From assembly GCA_023267735.1 (NCBI GenBank), contig JAHFMT010000004.1:1-41271 (forward strand): 41,271 bases of DNA, in the 5' to 3' direction. Position numbers and translations under genes: made by a program. Positions within the stretch are counted from its first letter, which is position 1. Each line of letters starts with the position of its first letter. Positions 19,064-26,463 of the stretch are shown one piece after another. A model generated the notes under the pieces. It was not told where the DNA came from. It ran no database searches and saw only the letters and a list, made by a program, of their open reading frames with translations. This stretch comes from Candidatus Kaiserbacteria bacterium (GTDB lineage: Bacteria > Patescibacteriota > Minisyncoccia > Phycocordibacterales > Phycocordibacteraceae).

Positions 19064-19072
19064 TCACAAGTA

Positions 19073-19106
19073 CACTCGTCTGGCATTGCCAGGCGGGTGT
19101 TTGTGT
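19073..19106 (+). terminator. Intrinsic terminator after the zinc-ribbon ORF
   Basis: CACTCGTCTGGC-ATT-GCCAGGCGGGTG (12 bp including 2 G-U pairs) followed by TTTGTGT. Confidence 0.6.
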
Positions 19107-19137
19107 CTGCCCACATACACAGTTAATCCTCTCTATC

Positions 19138-19166
19138 TTGATAGTTCTATATAAATTGAGTATATT
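19138..19166 (+). promoter_or_regulatory. Sigma70-type promoter for the orphan gene at 19212
   Basis: TTGATA-17 nt-TATATT. Confidence 0.55.
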
Positions 19167-19211
19167 GCTCCCTCAAACAGAGAAGGTCTTTAACGAAAGA
19201 GAGGAAGGTAC

Positions 19212-19481
19212 ATGCTCCAAAAGAAGTTCCATCACGTGGTGGAGTGCGAACACCGGGAGACGGCCAGGAGGTATGTGAAGGGTATCAATGGCCCGCGTAC
19301 GGTCGTCGATGTCCGGGATTACACCACAGATTCGAAGTCCGTGGATGTCATCATCGACCAGGCCATTGCTGTCAGCGGGAAAGAGAACGTGAAGGTGGTT
19401 CAGCGCCGTCACGAGGTCAAGCCGCACTACAGCAACCACCCCGTGTACCACACCATCATCGAAGAAACGCCCGTTCGGTAA
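19212..19481 (+). CDS. Hypothetical protein (orphan, 89 aa)
   Basis: ATG preceded by GAGAGGAAGG. G/C-rich third positions and AGG/CGG Arg codons. It has its own promoter and terminator. No recognised motif. Confidence 0.6.
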   Translation: MLQKKFHHVVECEHRETARRYVKGINGPRTVVDVRDYTTDSKSVDVIIDQAIAVSGKENVKVVQRRHEVKPHYSNHPVYHTIIEETPVR

Positions 19482-19500
19482 GTACCGGACGGGAGAAGAT

Positions 19501-19540
19501 AAAAATTCGCTGCGGCAGGTGCTGCAGCGGATTTTCTTTT
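19501..19540 (+). terminator. Intrinsic terminator after the 89-aa orphan
   Basis: TTCGCTGC...GCAGCGGA hairpin followed by TTTTCTTTT. Confidence 0.6.
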
Positions 19541-19584
19541 ATCCCAGTCTCATTGCAACAACGTAAACTGCAGTGTGTGTTCGT

Positions 19585-19602
19585 TGCTATACTCTCTATA
19601 TG
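19585..19602 (+). promoter_or_regulatory. Extended -10 (TGcTATACT) exactly 6 nt upstream of the pilB ATG (leaderless-type start)
   Basis: TGC-TATACT-CTCTAT-ATG. No SD is possible. Confidence 0.5.
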
Positions 19603-21351
19603 CACGTTTCAGAAAGCGAACTCAAAACATTCATCCTTGACTCGGGGTTGGTACCGCGTGGGGAAGTGGATGCTGCGGCAAAAGAAGCTGAAGAGCGCAA
19701 TCAATCTATTGGCGACATTCTTGTGTCGCGTGGCGCACTTTCTCCAGATGCACTTCGTCGTATCAAGGCGTATGTGCTTGGTATTCCATTTGTAAATCTG
19801 AATGATAGAAAGATTCCTTTTGAAGTACTCTCACTTATTCCTGAGCCTATCGCCCGTGCGCACTCTATTATTGCGTACCGCAAGACTGAAAAAGAGCTTG
19901 AGGTAGCAATGCTTGATACTGGCGATCTTTCCTCTATTGAGTCAGTACAGAAGACAACCGGCCTCAAGATTGTGCCCCGCCTTACCGATGATGAGTCCAT
20001 ACGCAACGCGCTCATTCAGTATCAGAAATCTCTTAAGGAAGAGTTCGGTGACCTTATTAGTACCGAAGCGGGAAAGATTACGTTCGTAAAGGAATCAGCG
20101 GATGAGGCAGGAAAAGATGTATTGCAGAAAATGGCAGAAGATCTCCCTATCGTGCGCATTGTGGATACACTCCTGCGTCACGCCATTATCCAGAAGGCAT
20201 CTGATATTCACGTAGAGCCGATGGAGAAGGAGGTGCTTGTGCGCTATCGCATTGATGGTATTTTGCGTGACGCAATGACGCTTCCGAAGAATGCGTCGGC
20301 GGGTATTACGGCACGTATCAAGGTGCTCTCTAATTTAAAGCTTGATGAAAAGCGGTTGCCGCAAGATGGCCGTTTTAAGTTAGAGACCGAAACCGATAAG
20401 GTGTCGTTTCGTGTTTCAACACTCCCGACATTCTTTGGAGAAAAGATCGTTATGCGTCTTTTGCGCGAAACAATGGGTGAAGGGTTTACGCTTGAGGCAC
20501 TTGGTCTTCATGGTACGGGACTTGAACGTATTCATGGTGCGCTGAAGCAAACGACGGGGCTTATCTTGGTGTCTGGTCCTACTGGCTCTGGTAAGACGAC
20601 GACGCTCTATACGATGCTCGATATTTTAAATACACCTGATGTAAACATCAGCACCATTGAAGACCCAATTGAATATCAAATGAAGCGGGTGAATCAAACA
20701 CAGGTGAATACCCAGATAGGGTATACGTTTGCTAACGGCCTCCGTGCACTCGTGCGCCAAGACCCCGACATTGTCATGGTGGGGGAAATTCGTGATGCTG
20801 AAACAGCGGCACTTGCGATAAACGCTGCACTTACTGGTCACCTTGTGCTCTCTACCATTCACACCAACTCTGCTGCAGGTGCCATTCCCCGTCTCATTGA
20901 TATGGGTGTTGAACCGTTCTTGCTGGTATCAACAATAAAAGCAATTGTGGGTCAGCGCTTGGTGCGTCACTTGGCAGGGAAGGGTGAGGAGTATGACTTG
21001 AACCGTGCTGCACGACTCTCTGTTGCACCCGAAGAACGCTTTGATGCTGCGGTACGTGCTTTGAAAGAAGAGAAGCTTCTTCCTGAATCTGCGAAAACGG
21101 ATGATCTCCGCTACCGTCGCCCTACCGAAACACCAGAGTCAGCTGATGGATACCAGGGGCGCGTGGGCGTACATGAGGTGATGAACGTATCTTCTGCTAT
21201 TCGTGACATCATTTTGCACAACGCCACCTCTGAAGCGATTGAAACTCAGGCACGCAATGAAGGCATGCTCACCATGCTTGAAGACGGTCTCTACAAGGCA
21301 GCTCGAGGCATCACTTCTATTGAGGAAGTGCTTCGTGCAGTGAATGAGTAA
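19600..21351 (+). CDS. pilB: Type IV pilus assembly ATPase PilB (GspE family)
   Basis: 583 aa from ATG 19600. N-terminal GspE-N/MshEN-like domain, Walker A GPTGSGKTTT, Asp box, Walker B DPDIVMVGEIRD, His box GHLVLSTIHTN. The protein contains no cysteine. Confidence 0.93.
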   Translation: MHVSESELKTFILDSGLVPRGEVDAAAKEAEERNQSIGDILVSRGALSPDALRRIKAYVLGIPFVNLNDRKIPFEVLSLIPEPIARAHSIIAYRKTEKELEVAMLDTGDLSSIESVQKTTGLKIVPRLTDDESIRNALIQYQKSLKEEFGDLISTEAGKITFVKESADEAGKDVLQKMAEDLPIVRIVDTLLRHAIIQKASDIHVEPMEKEVLVRYRIDGILRDAMTLPKNASAGITARIKVLSNLKLDEKRLPQDGRFKLETETDKVSFRVSTLPTFFGEKIVMRLLRETMGEGFTLEALGLHGTGLERIHGALKQTTGLILVSGPTGSGKTTTLYTMLDILNTPDVNISTIEDPIEYQMKRVNQTQVNTQIGYTFANGLRALVRQDPDIVMVGEIRDAETAALAINAALTGHLVLSTIHTNSAAGAIPRLIDMGVEPFLLVSTIKAIVGQRLVRHLAGKGEEYDLNRAARLSVAPEERFDAAVRALKEEKLLPESAKTDDLRYRRPTETPESADGYQGRVGVHEVMNVSSAIRDIILHNATSEAIETQARNEGMLTMLEDGLYKAARGITSIEEVLRAVNE

Positions 21352-21355
21352 GCTA

Positions 21356-21384
21356 TTGACAAATACATTATTTTGCGTATTATA
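21356..21384 (+). promoter_or_regulatory. Strong sigma70-type promoter downstream of pilB
   Basis: TTGACA-16 nt-TATTAT (or 17 nt-ATTATA). Confidence 0.6.
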
Positions 21385-21389
21385 TACGC

Positions 21390-21521
21390 AGTGAGATATG
21401 GACACCTCTCCCATATAGGACTTAGCTTCTGTGAGTCTTATATGGGGGAGGACTGAAGACACGTGGTCTTCGTGATGTGTTGTCGACACATTACTAACCC
21501 CTCCCTGGTTGCAATACGGCT
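21390..21521 (+). promoter_or_regulatory. Structured ~130-nt leader (candidate cis-regulatory RNA or small RNA)
   Basis: An 18-bp hairpin pairs 21405-21422 with 21434-21451 (2 G-U pairs). Two 6-bp hairpins follow (GAAGAC/GTCTTC; ATGTGT/ACACAT). CCCCTCCC at 21498-21505 could pair alternatively with GGGGGAGG at 21444-21451. Confidence 0.4.
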
Positions 21522-21695
21522 ATGCCGATATTTAAAGCCATCGGTCTTGGGGTGACGATCATCGTGCTCAAGGTCCTTACCCCCGAGATCTTTTCAGGAA
21601 TTGAGAAACTCTTGCTCGCGTTTCTCTCTGTCGCGAACACCCTGCTACTTGCTGCCGCAACAACCGGTACGAGTGCATTCATGGGTGCGCGATAG
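21522..21695 (+). CDS. Hypothetical small hydrophobic protein (57 aa)
   Basis: Below the ORF-track size cutoff; translated by hand as MPIFKAIGLGVTIIVLKVLTPEIFSGIEKLLLAFLSVANTLLLAAATTGTSAFMGAR*. Two hydrophobic segments. Followed by a GC-rich hairpin and a terminator. Confidence 0.4.
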   Translation: MPIFKAIGLGVTIIVLKVLTPEIFSGIEKLLLAFLSVANTLLLAAATTGTSAFMGAR

Positions 21696-21751
21696 TCAGT
21701 GGGCGACCCGATCTTCCGTGTAACTACGGACTGGTCGGGTCGCCCGAGCCT

Positions 21752-21786
21752 AAAACCGGACTCCTCGTGAGCCCGGTTTGTTTTAT
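21752..21786 (+). terminator. Intrinsic terminator after the small ORF
   Basis: AAAACCGG-N13-CCGGTTTTGTTTT. It is preceded by a hairpin with 11-bp perfect arms, GGGCGACCCGA/TCGGGTCGCCC (21701-21745). Confidence 0.6.
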
Positions 21787-21787
21787 G

Positions 21788-21802
21788 TATACTGTGTACA
21801 TG
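21788..21802 (+). promoter_or_regulatory. -10 box TATACT exactly 6 nt upstream of the yqeY-like ATG (leaderless-type start)
   Basis: TATACT-GTGTAC-ATG. Confidence 0.5.
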
Positions 21803-22255
21803 ACACTTCACGAACAACTGCAACAGGATGCAAAAGAGGCAATGCGCGCGAGAGACGGTGTGCGTCTCACCACACTTCGTTCACTGCTCTCCGCATTTAC
21901 CAATGAACTCGTTGCTACGAAACGCAAGCCAAACGAGCTTTTGCCAGATGCTGATGCACAGAAGGTGATAAAGCGTGCGGTTAATCAACGCAAAGATTCC
22001 ATACAACAGTTTACCCAGGGTGGTCGTGAGGACTTGGTAGCAACTGAGCAGGCGGAGCTCGTGATACTTGAAGCGTATCTGCCACAAACTATGAGTCGTG
22101 CAGATATCAAGGTGATTGCAGAAGCAAAGCAGGCAGAGCTGGGTATTACTGACAAGGCAAAGGCGGGTATGCTCATGGGCGCGATCATCAAAGCAACGAA
22201 TGGTGCGGCAGATGGTGCAGATGTGAAGGCGGTTGTTGACGGACTCTTTTCCTAA
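21800..22255 (+). CDS. GatB/YqeY domain-containing protein
   Basis: 151 aa from ATG 21800. MTLHEQLQQDAKEAMRARD..RL.TLR, EAYLP, and the C-terminal GKAMG-like segment KAKAGMLMGAI are typical of the YqeY family. Confidence 0.85.
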   Translation: MTLHEQLQQDAKEAMRARDGVRLTTLRSLLSAFTNELVATKRKPNELLPDADAQKVIKRAVNQRKDSIQQFTQGGREDLVATEQAELVILEAYLPQTMSRADIKVIAEAKQAELGITDKAKAGMLMGAIIKATNGAADGADVKAVVDGLFS

Positions 22256-22290
22256 CAGCACATCCCGTTGCACGGACAACGCGTGCTACG

Positions 22291-23517
22291 ATGATGCGTA
22301 TGTGGTTTTTAGTAACGCTTAAGAAAGCGGATGGCGCACACGATGTGCGTAAGATTGAAGCAGACTCACGTTTTGCAGTATATGAGCTCGCAAAAAAGGA
22401 AGATGCTACCGTGCTCGCACTTGAAGAAGTGCATGGCACCCGCGGATTCCTTGATTTCTTTGATCGCATAGAGCTTACCAGTGGCATCTCAGCTACCGAC
22501 AGAATCCTGTTCGCAAAGAATCTTGCGGCAATGCTTCGTGCAGGTTTGCCACTCGCTCGTGCACTTTCAGTACTTGCACGCCAGACACCAAATGCCTACT
22601 TAAAACGCATCATTACGGAACTCGGGAAGGGTGTCGGTGAGGGTTCTGCATTTCATAGCGCACTTGCGGCACATCCGAAGGTATTCTCGCGCCTCTTTAT
22701 TGCCATGGTACGTGCCGGTGAGGAGTCCGGGGGACTCGCGGGTGCGCTCACCGTGGTTGCGCAACAGATGGAGAACGCACACCGATTGGCGAAGAAGGTG
22801 CGTGGTGCCATGATCTACCCAGCTATTATTTTGTGTACCATTGTGATTATCGCAGCACTAATGCTTGTGTACGTAGTGCCAACACTCTCAGACACGTTTG
22901 CATCGTTGCATGTCCAGTTGCCACTGGCTACCCGTATCATCGTTGGTATCTCCGGGTTCCTTACAGGAAATGCGCTGCTTGCAGGGATAGTATTTGTCGC
23001 ACTGGTGCTAGGTGGCGTATGGGTTTTCCGTTCAGAACGAGGTATTACGATCGTCCTACGTGTCGGGCTCCGTATCCCTGTCATTGGTGACATTATTCGT
23101 GAGACGTATAGCGCACGTGCTGCACGCTCCATGGCGTCACTGCTCTCATCAGGAGTGGATATGCTTTCGGCTATCAGTATTGCGAAAGAGGTGGTGGGCG
23201 CACGGGTGTTCTCTGACACGCTTGCCTCCGCTGAAGTGTTGGTGAAAAAAGGTGAGCCGTTGTCTGCGGCATTTGCTGCACACACAAAACTCTATCCACC
23301 ACTCTTTTCTGAAATGATCATGGTGGGGGAGGAGACCGGCGGGGTGGCACCAATGCTGCAACAGGTCGCAGAATATTATGAGGGGTCGGTGGAAGAGAAG
23401 ACAAAGGATCTCTCTACCATCATTGAGCCAGTACTTATGTTGATTATCGGTGCTGCGGTGGGTGTATTTGCGATTGCAATGATTATGCCGATTTACTCAA
23501 TCACCGCAGAACTCTAG
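22291..23517 (+). CDS. pilC: Type IV pilus assembly platform protein PilC (GspF family)
   Basis: 408 aa. Duplicated GspF domain (LARALSVLARQ..., FSEMIMVGEETG) and three TM segments. Confidence 0.92.
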   Translation: MMRMWFLVTLKKADGAHDVRKIEADSRFAVYELAKKEDATVLALEEVHGTRGFLDFFDRIELTSGISATDRILFAKNLAAMLRAGLPLARALSVLARQTPNAYLKRIITELGKGVGEGSAFHSALAAHPKVFSRLFIAMVRAGEESGGLAGALTVVAQQMENAHRLAKKVRGAMIYPAIILCTIVIIAALMLVYVVPTLSDTFASLHVQLPLATRIIVGISGFLTGNALLAGIVFVALVLGGVWVFRSERGITIVLRVGLRIPVIGDIIRETYSARAARSMASLLSSGVDMLSAISIAKEVVGARVFSDTLASAEVLVKKGEPLSAAFAAHTKLYPPLFSEMIMVGEETGGVAPMLQQVAEYYEGSVEEKTKDLSTIIEPVLMLIIGAAVGVFAIAMIMPIYSITAEL

Positions 23518-23527
23518 CGCAGTATGT

Positions 23528-23911
23528 ATGGGGTATTACCAGCAGCACGCACGCGGGTTTAGTTACATAGAGATACTACTGAGTCTTGCTATTGCAAGCG
23601 TACTTCTTACCCTTTTTTATACGGTTATTGCAGTTGGGCCAGCAAATGCGTTTGAGGATAATCGATCAAAGGCACTTTCTGTTGCACGCTATGAAATAGA
23701 GTCATTGCGAACGCTTCCATTTGAATCACTTCCTGCAAGCGGCCCACAAACACCCGAGGGTATTGCGCAGCTCCCTGATGGAACCGCTGATTTATCAGTG
23801 ACTGACGTATCACCTGGTGTGCGTGCGCTCACCATAACGGTTTCGTGGAGAGAGTCTACGGGAGAGCGCTTCTCTACAGGACTCACGACGCTCAGTACCG
23901 ACATCCCATGA
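23528..23911 (+). CDS. Prepilin-type minor pilin (PilV/GspI-like)
   Basis: 127 aa. Class III signal ARG|FSYIEILLSLAIASVLL with Glu at +5. The C-terminal VSWRE...L.T beta segment is typical of PilV-like proteins. Confidence 0.8.
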   Translation: MGYYQQHARGFSYIEILLSLAIASVLLTLFYTVIAVGPANAFEDNRSKALSVARYEIESLRTLPFESLPASGPQTPEGIAQLPDGTADLSVTDVSPGVRALTITVSWRESTGERFSTGLTTLSTDIP

Positions 23912-24477
23912 ACCTGCGTCCTACTTCCACCGCATTTTCTCTTGTTGAAACACTCATTGTGTCTGCATTGTTCGCGGCACTCAGTGTTGTCTTCGCTCAG
24001 TTCTTTACCCACGTACATGGAGGATTCTTTTACGCACGTGCTGCAGCCGATGTGCAGCAAGGTGCGTCTGCGGTGATACGGAACGTTGAACAGTTTACGC
24101 TCCCTGCATTGCGGGTACGGGAGGAGGCAACCATAGAGGGTGTGGACTATACCTCAGGAGAAGATACCTTGATTCTTGAAGTGCCCGCCATTGATGCATC
24201 GGGTGCGGTAATCGCTGGCACTGTTGATACGGTGGTGTTGTATCGAGAGGGAAATACTTTCATGCGTCGTATCTTGGCAGGCAGTGGTAGTGCACGAGAA
24301 AGTGGTGTGCACCAGGTAGCTGACGCGGTAACGCAGCTAACCTTTTCCTATGCAACCGAAAATCCTGCAGATGCTTCCTGGGTGCAGGTTTCGGTAACAA
24401 CACATGCAGACGTGAAGGGTCGTACGGTTGAAGGAGTGCGCACGGCGCACTTCTGGCTCCGTAACTTTAGTCTATGA
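23908..24477 (+). CDS. Prepilin-type minor pilin (PilW/GspJ-like)
   Basis: ATG at 23908 overlaps the upstream stop (ATGA). N-terminus MNLRPTSTA|FSLVETLIVSALFAAL, with Ala rather than Gly at -1 and Glu at +5. Confidence 0.78.
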   Translation: MNLRPTSTAFSLVETLIVSALFAALSVVFAQFFTHVHGGFFYARAAADVQQGASAVIRNVEQFTLPALRVREEATIEGVDYTSGEDTLILEVPAIDASGAVIAGTVDTVVLYREGNTFMRRILAGSGSARESGVHQVADAVTQLTFSYATENPADASWVQVSVTTHADVKGRTVEGVRTAHFWLRNFSL

Positions 24478-25691
24478 AACACATAACCCCACTCGCTCCT
24501 CGTGGAAGTATTGCACTCATCTCTTTGGTGTATCTCGCCATCTTTGCCGTGCTCGCTACGGCGCTCATACATAACAGCCTTGGATATCGTGCGTGGCAGA
24601 AAAATGAATTAGTGCGCACACAAGCGCTCTATCTTGCTGAGGGCGGGCTTTCATATGCGGTATATGCACTGAACCAGAATCCGCAGTATGCAGGCGAGAC
24701 AAATACCCCGTTGGGGAATGGGGTGTTTTCAATTGCTGTTACATCACTTGATACCGCAACAAGGGAGGTGGTGGTAACGGGACGTGTTCTTGAAGCAGGA
24801 TCTCCGGTGGCAACACGAACGATTCGTGCACAAGTAGGGATTGCGCCTTCAATCATTTCATTTAATTACGGGGTGCAGGCAGGTGCAGGTGGTGTGACAC
24901 TCTCTGACGCTGCACACATACAGGGCAATGTATTTTCTGGAGGTTCGGTAACTGGAGATAACAACAACGACATAGAGGGAGATGTTGTCTCACTCAATGC
25001 GGTGCAAGGAGTGAATGTTTCTGGTTCGGTGAATGCGCATACAACTGGCGGGGCAGTATCCTTCCCTGTATCAGATGCGCAGATTGTGGCATGGAAAGAT
25101 GAAGCGGTTGCAGGAAGTACGCTCGGAACCTGTGTGGGGGGTACGCTGACTATTGCAACGAGCATGACCATTGGTCCTGCGCAGGTACCGTGTGATTTGC
25201 ATATAGAGGGAGCAGAGACTGTCGTGACGATTGCGGGGCATGTGTGGGTAGAGGGAAACATGACGACTCAGTCAGGAACAACTATTGCTATTGATCCTGC
25301 ACTCGGTGACAAGAATGTCGCCATCGTTGCAGGCAATCCAAGTAATACGTCAGGGAGCGGCATTATTTCTATAGGTCAAGGGACGAAGTTTCAGGGCTCA
25401 GGGAATCCGCAATCATTTGTGTTCTTGGCATCAGAAAATACCAGTGCGTCAGTGGGTGGCGGCACAGTAGCAATATCGCTTGCACAAAGTGCGTTGCCGG
25501 TTGTGGCATTTGCCGCAAAAGGTCTTGTAGCGCTTGCACAGAATGTTACGGTGCGTGCGGTCGTGGCGTATCAAGTGTCACTCTCTCAATCCGCAGCCGT
25601 TATCTATGACAGTGGTTTGTCACACGCGTTATTCCACACCGGACCACAAGGGAGTTTTGGCGTAGTGTCGGGTACGTATTCGCTCCAATAG
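24474..25691 (+). CDS. PilX-like minor pilin / putative pilus-tip protein with a C-terminal beta-helix-like repeat region
   Basis: 405 aa, ATGA overlap with the upstream gene. PilX-N-like start PRGSIALISLVYLAIFAVLATAL...YLAEGGLSYA, without Glu5. The C-terminal half is rich in G-x-V-x-G-D/N repeats (GGSVTGDNNNDIEGDVVSLNAVQGVNVSGSVNAH). Confidence 0.7.
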   Translation: MKHITPLAPRGSIALISLVYLAIFAVLATALIHNSLGYRAWQKNELVRTQALYLAEGGLSYAVYALNQNPQYAGETNTPLGNGVFSIAVTSLDTATREVVVTGRVLEAGSPVATRTIRAQVGIAPSIISFNYGVQAGAGGVTLSDAAHIQGNVFSGGSVTGDNNNDIEGDVVSLNAVQGVNVSGSVNAHTTGGAVSFPVSDAQIVAWKDEAVAGSTLGTCVGGTLTIATSMTIGPAQVPCDLHIEGAETVVTIAGHVWVEGNMTTQSGTTIAIDPALGDKNVAIVAGNPSNTSGSGIISIGQGTKFQGSGNPQSFVFLASENTSASVGGGTVAISLAQSALPVVAFAAKGLVALAQNVTVRAVVAYQVSLSQSAAVIYDSGLSHALFHTGPQGSFGVVSGTYSLQ

Positions 25692-25700
25692 TCCCTAAGG

Positions 25701-25715
25701 TATACTGGGGGCATG
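25701..25715 (+). promoter_or_regulatory. -10 box TATACT exactly 6 nt upstream of the tpiA ATG (leaderless-type start)
   Basis: TATACT-GGGGGC-ATG. Confidence 0.5.
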
Positions 25716-26459
25716 ATTATCGTTGCTAATTGGAAGGCGTATGTTTCGGACGCCGCACAAGCAAAAAAGCTTGTTGCGTTTGCAAAACGTTTGGCAAGCA
25801 CTACGAAGATTAAGCTTGTGCTTGCACCATCAGCTCCGCACGCAGCATTGCTTGCGCTCGGTAACCGATCAAAGGTAGCGTTTGCTGCGCAAGATATTTC
25901 TCCTGCAACTGATGGCGCTTCTACGGGTGAGTCCACTGCACAAACCTACGCACGAGCAGGCGTAACGTACGCCATCATTGGGCACTCTGAGCGCCGTGCA
26001 CAAGGAGAGACGGATGCTGATATTACTGAAAAGGTGCGCCGTGCGCTTGCGCAAGGACTTATCCCTATTGTTTGCGTTGGTGAACGCGAACGCGATGCAT
26101 CTGCGGAATACCTTGCATTTATTCGTGCAGAACTTGCTGCGGTGCTCACACCACTTTCTCACAAGGAACGCCTCGGGCTTATTGTTGCGTATGAACCTAT
26201 ATGGGCAATTGGGAAAAGTGCGGTAGAAGCTATTTCTGGAAATGATCTCGCAGAGATGGTGCTCTATATTCGCAAAGTGCTCGGTGAGTACTTGCCGCAC
26301 AAAGCACCCGCGCACGTTCCCGTGCTCTATGGTGGCTCAGTTGAACCAGGGAATGTCCGTGAACTTGCTGCAGCATCTCGTGTGGATGGGTTCCTTGTAG
26401 GTCGTGCCTCGGTTGACCCTGTTTCTTTTGCGGGCTTAGTGAAAGCGCTGCGCGCATAA
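25713..26459 (+). CDS. tpiA: Triosephosphate isomerase
   Basis: 248 aa. ANWK, IIGHSERR, AYEPIWAIG, YGGSV motifs. Confidence 0.95.
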   Translation: MIIVANWKAYVSDAAQAKKLVAFAKRLASTTKIKLVLAPSAPHAALLALGNRSKVAFAAQDISPATDGASTGESTAQTYARAGVTYAIIGHSERRAQGETDADITEKVRRALAQGLIPIVCVGERERDASAEYLAFIRAELAAVLTPLSHKERLGLIVAYEPIWAIGKSAVEAISGNDLAEMVLYIRKVLGEYLPHKAPAHVPVLYGGSVEPGNVRELAAASRVDGFLVGRASVDPVSFAGLVKALRA

Positions 26460-26463
26460 CGAT

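Noticed and set aside
18719-19600. A possible replication origin at the strand switch between the minus-strand gene block (5.7-18.7 kb) and the plus-strand block (19.2-41 kb).
   Set aside because: I found no DnaA-box matches better than 2-3 mismatches in these spacers. The region is filled by promoters and two small ORFs. A local divergence of operons is sufficient explanation.
21494-21823. A 109-aa minus-strand ORF between pilB and the YqeY-like gene.
   Set aside because: It spans two hairpin/terminator structures and the structured leader. The plus-strand promoter plus the 57-aa ORF explains the region better.
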